A stretch of 64,000 bases of DNA, from positions 1 to 64,000 of the IMG/VR virus record IMGVR_UViG_3300044259_000036; one strand, given 5' to 3'. This document shows, in pieces, positions 17,591 through 28,500 of the stretch. Under the pieces are notes generated by a model. That model did not search any database and was not told where the DNA came from. It was given only the letters and a program-made list of their open reading frames with translations. Both the position numbers and the translations under genes were made by a program. How positions within the stretch are numbered: the first letter of the stretch is position 1; each line of letters begins with the position of its first letter. The DNA comes from a virus (lineage: Duplodnaviria > Caudoviricetes).

Positions 17591-20500
17591 ATGGCAGAAT
17601 TTGACGTTGGCCTAAACGGGGCGCAGCAGCAGGTCGCTGCCCTCGTTTCCGCAGTACACGGGCTGGGCAAGAGCCTGGACCAGACGGAGTTCAAGTCGAA
17701 AGGCTTGGCTACCGAGGTCGCGCGTGCCATGTCCGCAATGGACTTGGTGTACGACCGACTTCACCGGAGTATGCAGAAGGCCGGCGACTCGTCTGCCGAC
17801 ATCAACAAAGCACTTGAACACGCCAAGGTCATTGCGCAGAACGTTTTCGCAAGCGTCGCTGCCTCCAACCTGAAGGCCACTGTACAGGCGCAGGCGTACA
17901 CGGGGTCGCTCACTGAGCTGCAGCGGGTCCTGAACGACACCCAGTCGAAGAACACCTACGTCCGCTGGCAGCAGAAAACCGCCCAGCTGACCAACAACCT
18001 CATTGGCGAGAACGCCCACCTGCAGCAGGTGATCGCGTCGCTGACCACTGAGGAAGGCCGCCGCAACGCCAACCTGAAGGTACAGGCTGCCGGCCTGCGC
18101 GAACTGGTAACGGCTGAAGACCGGCTGATCAATGCCCACAACAGCCTGACCCAGGCCTCTGGCCTACTCGACACGGCGCTCGGCCGCGAGACGGCCAACC
18201 TGCGCGTGCAGAACGCTGCCAAGGAACGGCTGATCACGCTGGATACCCGCATCCAGGCCAACTCCGAGGCCCTGCGGGCGAGCATCGCCAACCTCAGCAC
18301 CGAGGAAGGGCGCCAGAACGCGATCCTGAAGGTACAGGAGCAGAGCAAGCGCTCGCTGTTGACCGCCGACGCTCGAATGACGGCCAGCAACTCTGCCCTG
18401 CTCCAGTCGATCACGGCGCTGGACGGCCATTTAGGCAAGCTGAATGCCCAGTTGAAGGTCACCCTGCAAGGCAAGACCGCAGAGGTCACCGCCGACGCGC
18501 GTCTGGCCAACTCGACGCAGGCCCTGTACACCAAGCTGGAGCAGCTGAACACCGCCAAGGGTCACGACAACGTCCTGACCCAGCAGGCCGTGGCCACCAG
18601 GAAGGCTGAGATCACCGAAGCCGCCCGCCTCGAAGCGAAGCTGGCTGCCCTGCAGCGCGAGTACATGAGCCTCAACGGCGGCGTGCAGGAGCAGATCGCC
18701 AAGATGCAGCAGTTGATCCAGGCTCGGAAGGCCGGGATCACCGAGGGCGCGCGGGAGGAAACGCAACTCGAACGCCTGCGCCGCACCCTGGCCAGCCTGA
18801 ACGGTGGCAGGCAGGAGGAGATCACCAAGCTCAACGCGCAGATCTCCATCCGCCGCAAGGCCATTGTCGAGACCATCAAGCAGAAGGACGTGGTCGACGA
18901 GCAGGCCGCCGCCCTCGCACGCGAGCAGGCCCAGCTGCAGAAGCTCCAGCAGCAGATGACGCTGGCCAGCAGTGCCCGTGGCGCCGAGATCACCAAGCTC
19001 AAGCAGCAAATCATCGAGCAAGAGCGCTACAACAAGCTCTTGAACAAGACGACCCTGGAGCTGCTGGGCTTCGAGAACGCACAACGCCGGGCCAGCCAGT
19101 CCAACCTGGTGGGTTCGCAGTCGGCGGCGATGCTCCGTGCAGGGCTGTCCGGCCTGCAAACCAACATCGGCATGTACACCAGTGCCACGATCGTCGCGGC
19201 GGCCTCGACCTACGCGCTGGCCCGAGCACTGCGCAGCACTGTCGAGCTGGGCGCCGAGTTCACTGCGTCCATGGCCAAAGCCGACGCTGTGATGGGCACC
19301 GGTGTAGCAAGCTGGATGCCGACCTCCATGGAAGCCATGGAGGCGCAGGTCCGCGCGCTCGGCCAGTCCACCATGTACACCGCCAGTGAAGTCGCACTTG
19401 GCCTGGTGGAATTGGGCCAGGCAGGCTTGAACGCTGCTGACTCGATCATGGCCCTGAAACCGGCCCTGAACCTGGCAATGATCGGCGGCATCTCGATGGC
19501 TGAGTCTGCGGACATGGCCACCAACGTCATGATGACGTTCGGCATGCAGGCCAAGGACCTGACGGACATCGTGGACTTGATGGCCACAGCGGCCAGCCAG
19601 TCCAACACCAACGTGCAGCAGCTGGCCAACGCCCTGACCTACGCTGGTCCGGCCGCGCACACCGCCGGCATCTCGATGAAGGACACCACGGCCGCGGTCG
19701 AGGCCCTGTCCAACACCGGTATCAAGGCCTCCCGCGCCGGTACCAGCTTGCGTAAGCTGTTCGTCAGCTTGCTGAACCCGACCAAGAAAGGTCAGCAGAT
19801 GATGGCCGAGTACGGCATCTCTGTAACCGACCTGGAGGGCAAGACCCGAAGCCTGACCGACATTCTCGGCCAGCTGAACAAAGCATTGAAGGGCGTAGGC
19901 GAAGGCGAGCGACTGGGGGCCATTCAGGACCTGGTAGGCCTGTACGCAACCTCGTCGGTCGCTGCACTGGTCGAGCAGGCCGGCGAAGGTGGCAACCTGG
20001 AGCACCTGCGTCGCCAACTGGACGATACTGCCGGCGCGGCCGAAGAAATGCGCGGCAAGATGGAGAACAGCCTAAAGTTCGACTGGAAGCAGGTGCTTTC
20101 GGCCTTCGAGGAAGCACAACTCCAGCTGTTCGATGCGCATGAGTACCAGCTGCGTGTGGCCACGGCCAAGCTGTCGACCTACCTGATTGAGCTGACCAAG
20201 CCAGCAGCTGAGATCAAGGACCAGTACGGGAACGTCACCGCGACGTTCAGCCATCTGGACCTGATGCTGCAGAACGGTAAGGAACTGGCCACAGGCCTGG
20301 GTATTGCGATCGCCGCAGCGCTCAGCTTCAAGATGACCGGCGCCTTGAGTGCGTCCCTCACTGCACTGTCCGTGGACAGTACAGCGGCGGCGGCGCGTCT
20401 CAAGGTACTGGCTGTCGGGATGGCTGACGGTACCCGAGGAACCTTGACGCTCTCCGGCGCCCTGAACGGCCTGTACGGTACCCTCGGTAGAGCGGTGGTA

Positions 20501-23101
20501 GGCACCATCGCCCTGCGGAGGGAGATCGGCCTGCTGGGTACGATCGCGGTCGGCAGCGCCAAGGCATTGGGCGTGCTGGCTACAGCGGGGCGAATCCTGT
20601 CGAGCGCGTTCGGCTGGGTAAGCCTGATCGCGGGCATCGGCTATGCGATCTACGAGGCGTTCGGCCAGGACAGCCAGGCTGAAATCCTGAAGCAGCAAGC
20701 AGGTGTGGAGAGCCTGAAGACCGAGTACATGGACCTCAAGAAGGCCATCGACGAAACCGCCAAGGCGCGGGAGCGTGCTGCTCTGGTCAAGCAGCAGGAC
20801 ACCGAGCTGGCCAAGCTGGGCACGATCAACGAGCGTCAGTACGAAGTCGAGGGCGCGATCGGCGCCTACGAGAAGAACGGACTGGCCGTGCCGCAGGCGC
20901 TGAAGGACGCCCTGTACGACACCCAGCAGGCCGCCGCCGCCGCTGGCAAGGCCATTCAGGACGCAAGCCGAGAGCTGGACAAGCTCAACGACCCGGCCAA
21001 GCGCGGCCGCGAAGCCGACCTGCAGATCGAGAACGGCAAGCGACTGGCCGAGCTGACACAGAACGTCGCTGACAAGCACAAGTCTTACCAGGAAGCCTCC
21101 GGCAGGATGCGCCTCGCCCAGATGAACGAGTGGGCGGAGGCCCAGCGGGCACTCGACACGTTCAAGGCCAGTCTGGTAACTGTCACGCAGGTCAGCGAAG
21201 AAGCCACGGACAAGGCCAGCGCTGCCATCCGCCTGATGAAAGAGTTGAAGGACGAGCAGCTGGCCGCCATGGGCGCTCACGCCTTCGACAAGAACGCCTC
21301 GTCGGCGGTGAAGCTGGCAAAGAACGCCAAGGACCTGGCAGACGCTCAGAAGGCCCTGGACACCGCGGTCGCCAACAACGACGGCAGCGGCGCGCTGCGT
21401 GCCCAGAAAGAGATTATCGGCCTGACCAAGGCCAACTTCGACCTGAAGAAAGAAGTCAGCGGTACCGCCGAGTCGTACAACGACGTCAAGGATTCGATCG
21501 CCGACCTGACTCGGACCGACGCCGAGCGCCTGGCACGCGCCAAGCAGCAGCTGGCCGAGCTGACCAGCCCTGCTGCGCAGATGACTGCCGGCACCCCTGA
21601 GATGGTGGCCGAGGGTGACCTCAAGCGGGCGCAGGAGGAACTGAAGCTCCGTCAGCAGATCAAGCAGATCGAGACGTCCATGGCCTCTCAGGCCAAGAAG
21701 GACGGCCGCCCGGCGGGCAAAACCCAGTCCGAGAAGGACCTGGAAGCCGCGAAGAAGGCGTTCGACGAGCTGCAGAAGAAGTCCGACCCACTGGCTGCTT
21801 CGCTGGCCAACGTGGCGAAGAAGACCGAGCAGCTGGACCTGCTGCTGGCCGCCGGGAAGATCACGGCGGAAGACCGGACCAAGGTACTGGCAGAGCTGCG
21901 CAAAGAGCACATCAAGCTCACGCTGGAACAGGACAAAAACTACCAGTCCCTGCTCAAGCTGAAGGAGAGCTACGGTGAATCGCCGTTCAGCGCTGCCACT
22001 GCCGACCTGGCAGAGATGGGCCGCCTGCTCGAAGCCGGCACCATGTCGCTGTCGCGCTACACGCAGATGTATGACGCCTTCCAGAAGAAGCAGAAAGAGA
22101 AGGTGCTGGACGGCCTGCCGACCGGCAAGGACCTGAACATCAGCAGCGGGCAGTCCGGGTTCAACCCGTTCGGCGAGTTCATCAACACCGCCAACGAGGT
22201 CGGCCAGGGTCAGGACAAGTACGCCACTCGCAAGACGGATCTGGACGTCGGGCTGAACACCGCCCTGATGAACCAGGACGACACCCTGGCCGCGCAACTG
22301 GAGGCCCAGCGTCAGCTGGAGCAGCAGATGTCGGCGCAGGAACACGCTGCAGCCATGCAGAAGATCGTCCAGGACGACCTGAACACCCGCAAGGCCCTAC
22401 AGCAGCAGTTCAACACTGACAGCAACACCCTGGCCACTGCGCAGCAAGAGTTCGCTTCGCAGTCTCAGAAGATGCTGGCTGCATCCATGCTCGGCAGCAT
22501 GAGCGACATCTTCGGCCAGTTCGCCGCTGTGGGGGAGGAAGCCACCACCGCGCAGAAGCTGGCCTTCATCGCGCAGAAAGCCCTGGCAGTGGCACAGATC
22601 ATTCTGTACACCGAGGTCGCGGCCCAGCGGGCCAACGCCGAGCTACCGGTGTTCATGGGCCTGACCATGGCCCAGCTGATCCGCGCGCAGGGCTACGGGT
22701 CCGCTGCGCTGGTAGGGTCTCTTGCAATCGGCCAGCTGGCAGGTGGTGGTTCCAGCTCCAGCGGTGGCGGCGCCTCGATGTACGACACCGGCGGCACCAT
22801 CCCTTACAACCGGGTGGGCATCGTCGGTGAGTACGGACCTGAACTGGTGAGCGGCCCGGCGCATGTCACCGGCCGCGGGGCCAGCTCCTCGAAGCTGGCC
22901 TCCAGCGACAGTGGTAGCGGGGGCGGCATGTCCATCACCTTGGCTCCGGTGTTCAACGTTGGCAGCGACCAGGTAGGCGACAACAAAGACCCGACGATGC
23001 TGTCGAAAATCTTCGGCACGTTGTTCATGAAGTACATCACCGATGCCCTGCGCCCGAACGGGTTGCTGGACACTTGGTACCGCAGCAAGCGAGGAGGCTG
23101 A
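17591..23101 (+). CDS. tape measure protein (TP901-type core)
   Basis: about 1836 aa; TMYTASEVA...GIKASRAGTSLR; C-terminal YDTGG/GEYGPE motifs. Confidence 0.93.
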   Translation: MAEFDVGLNGAQQQVAALVSAVHGLGKSLDQTEFKSKGLATEVARAMSAMDLVYDRLHRSMQKAGDSSADINKALEHAKVIAQNVFASVAASNLKATVQAQAYTGSLTELQRVLNDTQSKNTYVRWQQKTAQLTNNLIGENAHLQQVIASLTTEEGRRNANLKVQAAGLRELVTAEDRLINAHNSLTQASGLLDTALGRETANLRVQNAAKERLITLDTRIQANSEALRASIANLSTEEGRQNAILKVQEQSKRSLLTADARMTASNSALLQSITALDGHLGKLNAQLKVTLQGKTAEVTADARLANSTQALYTKLEQLNTAKGHDNVLTQQAVATRKAEITEAARLEAKLAALQREYMSLNGGVQEQIAKMQQLIQARKAGITEGAREETQLERLRRTLASLNGGRQEEITKLNAQISIRRKAIVETIKQKDVVDEQAAALAREQAQLQKLQQQMTLASSARGAEITKLKQQIIEQERYNKLLNKTTLELLGFENAQRRASQSNLVGSQSAAMLRAGLSGLQTNIGMYTSATIVAAASTYALARALRSTVELGAEFTASMAKADAVMGTGVASWMPTSMEAMEAQVRALGQSTMYTASEVALGLVELGQAGLNAADSIMALKPALNLAMIGGISMAESADMATNVMMTFGMQAKDLTDIVDLMATAASQSNTNVQQLANALTYAGPAAHTAGISMKDTTAAVEALSNTGIKASRAGTSLRKLFVSLLNPTKKGQQMMAEYGISVTDLEGKTRSLTDILGQLNKALKGVGEGERLGAIQDLVGLYATSSVAALVEQAGEGGNLEHLRRQLDDTAGAAEEMRGKMENSLKFDWKQVLSAFEEAQLQLFDAHEYQLRVATAKLSTYLIELTKPAAEIKDQYGNVTATFSHLDLMLQNGKELATGLGIAIAAALSFKMTGALSASLTALSVDSTAAAARLKVLAVGMADGTRGTLTLSGALNGLYGTLGRAVVGTIALRREIGLLGTIAVGSAKALGVLATAGRILSSAFGWVSLIAGIGYAIYEAFGQDSQAEILKQQAGVESLKTEYMDLKKAIDETAKARERAALVKQQDTELAKLGTINERQYEVEGAIGAYEKNGLAVPQALKDALYDTQQAAAAAGKAIQDASRELDKLNDPAKRGREADLQIENGKRLAELTQNVADKHKSYQEASGRMRLAQMNEWAEAQRALDTFKASLVTVTQVSEEATDKASAAIRLMKELKDEQLAAMGAHAFDKNASSAVKLAKNAKDLADAQKALDTAVANNDGSGALRAQKEIIGLTKANFDLKKEVSGTAESYNDVKDSIADLTRTDAERLARAKQQLAELTSPAAQMTAGTPEMVAEGDLKRAQEELKLRQQIKQIETSMASQAKKDGRPAGKTQSEKDLEAAKKAFDELQKKSDPLAASLANVAKKTEQLDLLLAAGKITAEDRTKVLAELRKEHIKLTLEQDKNYQSLLKLKESYGESPFSAATADLAEMGRLLEAGTMSLSRYTQMYDAFQKKQKEKVLDGLPTGKDLNISSGQSGFNPFGEFINTANEVGQGQDKYATRKTDLDVGLNTALMNQDDTLAAQLEAQRQLEQQMSAQEHAAAMQKIVQDDLNTRKALQQQFNTDSNTLATAQQEFASQSQKMLAASMLGSMSDIFGQFAAVGEEATTAQKLAFIAQKALAVAQIILYTEVAAQRANAELPVFMGLTMAQLIRAQGYGSAALVGSLAIGQLAGGGSSSSGGGASMYDTGGTIPYNRVGIVGEYGPELVSGPAHVTGRGASSSKLASSDSGSGGGMSITLAPVFNVGSDQVGDNKDPTMLSKIFGTLFMKYITDALRPNGLLDTWYRSKRGG

Positions 23102-23102
23102 C

Positions 23103-23471
23103 ATGGCTGCAGAGATTTTCCCGCCGATCGAACACCAGCCTATGGAATTGCCGGACTGGAACTTCGGCGAACGCCCGGAGGTGAAGGTCGAGGAGTCGGA
23201 GCTGGGAGACGGGTACGTCTTCCGGCAGGCCCAAGGACTGAACTTCAAGAAGGGGACCTGGCAGCCGGTCTGGTCCAACTTGGACCCGGTCAAGGCGCAG
23301 GCCCTATACGACTGGCTGCTTGAGCGAGTGAAGCTGGTGACAGTCCAATGGACCCACCCGGTGCGAAACACCGTCCTAAAGGTGACAATCGAGGACGTGA
23401 GCCTGGTGTGGGACCAATGGAACAACGCCATTCTGTCGGTCAGCTTCAAGCAGAGCTTCAACCCGGTTTAA
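23103..23471 (+). CDS. distal tail protein (gpM-like)
   Basis: ELGDGYVFRQAQGLN motif. Confidence 0.8.
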   Translation: MAAEIFPPIEHQPMELPDWNFGERPEVKVEESELGDGYVFRQAQGLNFKKGTWQPVWSNLDPVKAQALYDWLLERVKLVTVQWTHPVRNTVLKVTIEDVSLVWDQWNNAILSVSFKQSFNPV

Positions 23472-23480
23472 GGAAAAACC

Positions 23481-24203
23481 ATGGAACTGATCGCAACGGA
23501 TGCGCAGAACCTCAGCCAGGTAGGCAAGGTCGAGCTGTTCATCATCGACGCCTCGGCCAAGGGCCAGGGTATCTATCGCTTCACCTCCGCCGTGTACGAC
23601 CCGGATACCGGCGCGCGCCTGGAAGAGGTGTCGTTCGGCGGCAACGTCTACCAGCAGATCCCTATCGAGGCAAAGGGGTTCGAGTGGAACGGCACAGGCA
23701 CCGCGCCGCGCCCTACCCTGACCTTCGTAGCCATCGACCTGATCCTGATGCAGGAAATGGTCAGGGCCAACGACTTGGTGGGCTGCCCAGTGCAGCGGAT
23801 CAAGACGAATCGCAAGTACCTGGACGACGGGCTGAACCCCAACCCGGATGCCCACTACCCGATCGACTACTACCAGATCGAGAAGAAATCCAAGCAGGTC
23901 CGCCAGCTGCTGGAGTTCGACCTGTCGAACAAACTTGACCAGCAGGGCAAGATGATCCCGGCCAAGCAGGTGATCCGTGACACCTGCCAGAACCAGTACC
24001 GGTACTGGGCCAACAATCGGTTCAACTACCAAGGTGTCACCTGCCCTTACGCTGGCTCGAACTACTTCGATCAGAAGGGCGAAGGACAGCTTGACCCGAG
24101 CAAGGATCGGTGCGGAAAACGGATCAATGACTGCGTGATCAGGTTCGGTGAAGATGCCGAGCTGCCAATGTTTGCGTTCCCAGGTGTGGGCCGAATATCA
24201 TGA
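23481..24203 (+). CDS. minor tail protein L-like
   Basis: YQQIPIEAKGF, KYLD, C-terminal Cys cluster, FAFPG. Confidence 0.88.
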   Translation: MELIATDAQNLSQVGKVELFIIDASAKGQGIYRFTSAVYDPDTGARLEEVSFGGNVYQQIPIEAKGFEWNGTGTAPRPTLTFVAIDLILMQEMVRANDLVGCPVQRIKTNRKYLDDGLNPNPDAHYPIDYYQIEKKSKQVRQLLEFDLSNKLDQQGKMIPAKQVIRDTCQNQYRYWANNRFNYQGVTCPYAGSNYFDQKGEGQLDPSKDRCGKRINDCVIRFGEDAELPMFAFPGVGRIS

Positions 24204-24212
24204 CGGCTCATA

Positions 24213-24244
24213 ACTACGTACTTACGCACCTACGTAAGTACGCG
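24213..24244. repeat. 8-bp-period array
   Basis: ACTACGTA CTTACGCA CCTACGTA AGTACGCG. Confidence 0.7.
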
Positions 24245-24257
24245 CCAGGGAGACGGC

Positions 24258-25028
24258 ATGCTTCAGCTATTCACGGAATTCACCGAACAGATCCGCGCTG
24301 AAGCCATCGCGGCGTTCCCCAACGAGGCCGCCTGGGTAATCACCCAGGCCGGCTGCCGCCAAGTCGATAACGTCGCCGACGACCCTACCAACTTCTTCGA
24401 CATCTCCGCGCTTGACGTGGCCCGTGCACAGGCAGAAGGACTTCTGGCCATCGTGCACAGCCACGTCAACGGCCAGCATTACCCGTCCGAGATGGACATG
24501 CGCTACCAGGTAGCCAGTAACGTGCCCTGGGGCCTGCTGACCACCGACGGCGTGGGCGCCTCCACCCTGTGCTGGTGGGGCGGAAAGACTATCGAGCAAA
24601 CCGAAGACTTGGAACACCGCCCCTTCCGGCACGGAACGTCGGATTGCTTCGCGTTGGTCCGAGACTACTACCGAGTGAAGCTCGGCATTGAGCTGCAGGA
24701 AGTCCCTCGAAAATGGCGATGGTGGGAAGACCAGAACATCATCGAGGAGAGCATCGAGCCTCTGGGCTTTACCGTGGTCAAGGGAGACCCGAAGCCTGGG
24801 GACGTATGGCTTGCCAGCTTCAGCAGCCAGAGCAACGTCATGAACCACTGTGGCGTTCTCGTTGATAACGACCTGACCCTCCACCACCCCGGTGCCAACG
24901 ACCCGGTCAGCGAGATGAAGAAGGCGGCCTACATGCCTATCTATCGCTACCTGCCGTACATCCGCATGTGGATTCGCCATAAGGACATGGCTAATGAAAA
25001 CCTTTTACCTACACGGCCTGGCGGCTGA
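24258..25028 (+). CDS. tail assembly protein K-like (JAB plus NlpC/P60)
   Basis: IVHSH...PSEMD; DCFALVRDYY; NHCGV. Confidence 0.9.
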   Translation: MLQLFTEFTEQIRAEAIAAFPNEAAWVITQAGCRQVDNVADDPTNFFDISALDVARAQAEGLLAIVHSHVNGQHYPSEMDMRYQVASNVPWGLLTTDGVGASTLCWWGGKTIEQTEDLEHRPFRHGTSDCFALVRDYYRVKLGIELQEVPRKWRWWEDQNIIEESIEPLGFTVVKGDPKPGDVWLASFSSQSNVMNHCGVLVDNDLTLHHPGANDPVSEMKKAAYMPIYRYLPYIRMWIRHKDMANENLLPTRPGG

Positions 25029-25566
25029 TCGGTACGGCGCGAGCTTTGAGCTAGCGGTCAACTCACCTGCAGAAGCCATCAAGGCGCTAGCCTGCCAGCT
25101 GCCCGGCTTCAAGAAAATGATCGAGGAGCACAGCTGGCACGTTATCCGTGGCCCGCTGGACAAGCAGCAGGCGGACGACGAAGAAAGCGTGCGCATGTTC
25201 CTTGGCTCCGAGACCGAGTTCCACCTGGTACCGGCGATGTCGGGCGCGGGTAACGGCGGTGGAGGCCTCATGGCCATCGTCGGTATTGCCCTGATGGTCG
25301 CTGCCACCTTCTTCACAGGCGGCGTGGCCGCTGCCCTATGGGGCGCCGGTATCGGTACGACGCTGGGCGGCGTGATCAGCATGACCACAAAGGTCCCAAC
25401 TGGCATGACCAACACGGAGTCGGTCGACAGCCGGGCCTCGTTCCTGTTCCAAGGCGCGAAGAACCAGTCCTCGCAAGGCGTCTGTATCCCTCGCGGGTAC
25501 GGCCGGGAGTTCGTGGGAAGCATCGTAGTGAGTGTGAGCTTGAACGCTGAGGAGACAGCGACTTGA
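24994..25566 (+). CDS. tail assembly protein I-like
   Basis: SPAEAIKAL, QGVCIPRGYG...VGSIVVS. Confidence 0.88.
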   Translation: MKTFYLHGLAADRYGASFELAVNSPAEAIKALACQLPGFKKMIEEHSWHVIRGPLDKQQADDEESVRMFLGSETEFHLVPAMSGAGNGGGGLMAIVGIALMVAATFFTGGVAAALWGAGIGTTLGGVISMTTKVPTGMTNTESVDSRASFLFQGAKNQSSQGVCIPRGYGREFVGSIVVSVSLNAEETAT

Positions 25567-28500
25567 AGAAAGTCAAGGACGAAGTATTAGTCATCCAAGG
25601 ATCGGGTGGCGGCAGCGGGAAGAAGCAACACACGCCGGTGGAAGAACCGAACACCCTCCGGTCGAAGGTGCGAGCGCGCATCCTCGACTTGGTGGCCTAC
25701 GGCCCCATCAAAGGCCTGGTCAACGGGCTGCGATCGGTCTACCTGGACGGTACCCCGGTCGAAAACGCCGACGGCACCCTGAACTTCCAGGGTATCACCG
25801 TCACCACGCGCGAAGGCTACCCGGACCAGACCTACATCCCTGGCTTCCGTTCGGTCGAGAACACGTCCGAGGTCAACACCGAGATCAAGCAGGCGACCCC
25901 TGTGATCCGCTCGATGACCAACAACGACGCGGACGCGGCTGCGGTTACCATCCAGCTGGCCAGCCTGTACAAGCAGGAAGAAAACGGCGACACCGTGGGC
26001 ACCACGGTCGAGGTGTTCATCGACGTCAGGAAGGACGGCGGTGCTTGGCAGCAGGCGGTGGCCTACACCTTCCAAGGCAAGACCACGGCGCCGTACCCGA
26101 AGACCTTCCGTATCGACCTGAAGCCGTATGGCAAGGGATCGTTCGACCTGCGCGTTCGCCGTAACTCCAAGGAAAGTGAGACCTCGAAGCTCGCGGACAA
26201 AATGACTTGGACGCTGCTGACCGAGATCATCGACCGCCGCTTCAGCCACCCGAACATGGCCCTGGTCGGCATCGAGGTGGATTCGGAGCTGTTCGGTGCG
26301 CAGATGCCGGCGCGCGTCTACCACATGGACCTGTCGATCACCCAGGTGCCAAGCAACTGGGACCCCTACACCCGCGCCTACACCGGCATCTGGGACGGCA
26401 CCTTCAAGGATTCCTGGCACGATAACCCGGCGTGGGCCTACTACGACCTGGCAATGCACCCAGTCATCGGTGCGGGCCTGGACGTAATCGACAAGTGGGA
26501 GCTGTACCGCATCGCCCAGTTCTGTGACGAACTGGTGCCGAACGGCTACGGCGGGATGGAGCCGCGCTTCACCATCAACACCGTGTTCGCTGACCAGGAA
26601 GACGCCACCGTCGCCCTGAACACCCTGGCCACGATCTTCCGGGGCATGACCTACTGGGGTTCCAACACGGTCGTTCCGGTCGCCGACATGCCGGAGAACC
26701 CGGTCCTGACCGTCGGCCCGTCCAGCGTGAAGGACGGTGACTTCGCTCGCACCGGTACCAGCATGCGCGAACGGCACTCCGTGGCCATCGTCATGTGGAA
26801 CGACCCGGATGACATGGGCAAGGCGGTACCGGAGATCTACGAGGACCCGGATTCCCTGGCTGAGTTCGGCTGGAGGGAGACCCGCGTCACCGCTGTGGCG
26901 TGTAACAGCCGCGGACAGGCCCGTCGTATGGCCATGTGGATTCTGGACTCGGAACGCTACGAGACCCAGACCCTGTCCTACACCGGTACCACCGAGCACG
27001 CTTTCCTCCGCCCGGGCAACATCATTGAGGTGGCTGACCCGTTCGAGCAAGGCGCGCGGATGTCTGGCCGGCTGCTGGAGCGCTCCACCAACCAAGTGAC
27101 TGTGGACAAGGTCCCGGCCGAGGCTGTGGCACAGGTAGGTGGCCAGTGGTGGCTGTCGGTGATGCTGCCGGACCTCACCCTGTCCCGTCACCGGGTCAGC
27201 TCGTTCGACGGCGACGTCGTCCACCTGGTAGACCCGCTGCTCACCCTGCCGGTGGTCGGTGCGATTTGGGGTCTGTACAGCGCAGGCCTGCAGCTGCCGC
27301 ACTACCGTGTGGTCAGCAACGCGGAAGACAGTGAAACCGGGATGTTCCAGGTCACTGCTACCGAATACGACATCAACAAATACAGCCGTGTCGAGCAGGG
27401 CCTGATCCTGCCTGAGCGCCCGATCAGCCTGCTTCCGAACGGTCCACTGCCGGCTCCGACCAACCTCGAGTTCAAGGTCTACACCTACTACGCCGGTACC
27501 GCGCGTCAGCAGGGCCTGCTGATCAGCTTCGAGCCGCCAAGCGACGTGCGCATCGACTCGTTCGTGATCGACGTCAAGTCGCCATCGGACGCGAGCTACC
27601 GCACCGTGTACAACGGCCCGGGCACCTCGTTCGACATGACCAACGCCGAGGCAGGTCAGTGGACCGTCCGCGTGCGCTCTACTGCCAGCACCGGCAAGCT
27701 GTCCCAGTGGACTGCGCGTACCGTACAGATCAGCCAGCTGCTCCTGCCAACCCCGCCGGACTCGGTGAACGTGGCCGTGGCCACCTTCAGCGTGACGCTG
27801 ACCCCGCTCAGCGCCTACACCGATGCCATGTGGGAATTCTGGCGCAGCCTGGTACCACTCACTGCTCAGCAGATCGAGGCGAACGCCCAGCAGCTACCGA
27901 CCGGCCAGTACCTGGTAGACGCTGACCTCAAGCCGGACACCCAGTATTACTACTATGTCCGCGGCGTGAACCAGTACGGCAAGTCCAACTGGTTCGGCGT
28001 ACAGGCCAAGACCCTCAACAACTTCGACGACATCCTCGAGGCGGTGACTGAGGACATCAAGGAAGGCATCCTCTACCAGTATTTCGAGGAGAAGATCGAC
28101 ACCAAGGCCGCCCAGGTTGCGATCGACAAGGCCAACGAAGTCGTCAACGGCGCGCTGACCGAGGTCAACCAGTCGATCGCCGACCTGAACGCCACTGTCG
28201 ACCAAGTGGGAAGCACGGTCACCACCGGACTGGCGGACGCCAACACCGCGATTCAGGCTGTGAAGACCCAGGCCGACGGCATCCGCGCGGACTTGAACAC
28301 CAACGTGTCCAGCGTCTCCGGCACCCTGCAGAGTATCCTGGGCAACGTCAGCACGCTGCAGAGCGAGACCAACACGCTCAAGACCAGCATGACCTCGGTG
28401 CAGGGTTCGATCACTACCATCAACACCACCACCGGGACCCTGCGCGCGGACCTGACCGCCCTGCAGACCGACGTTTCCACGCAGGTCGGTACGCTGCAGG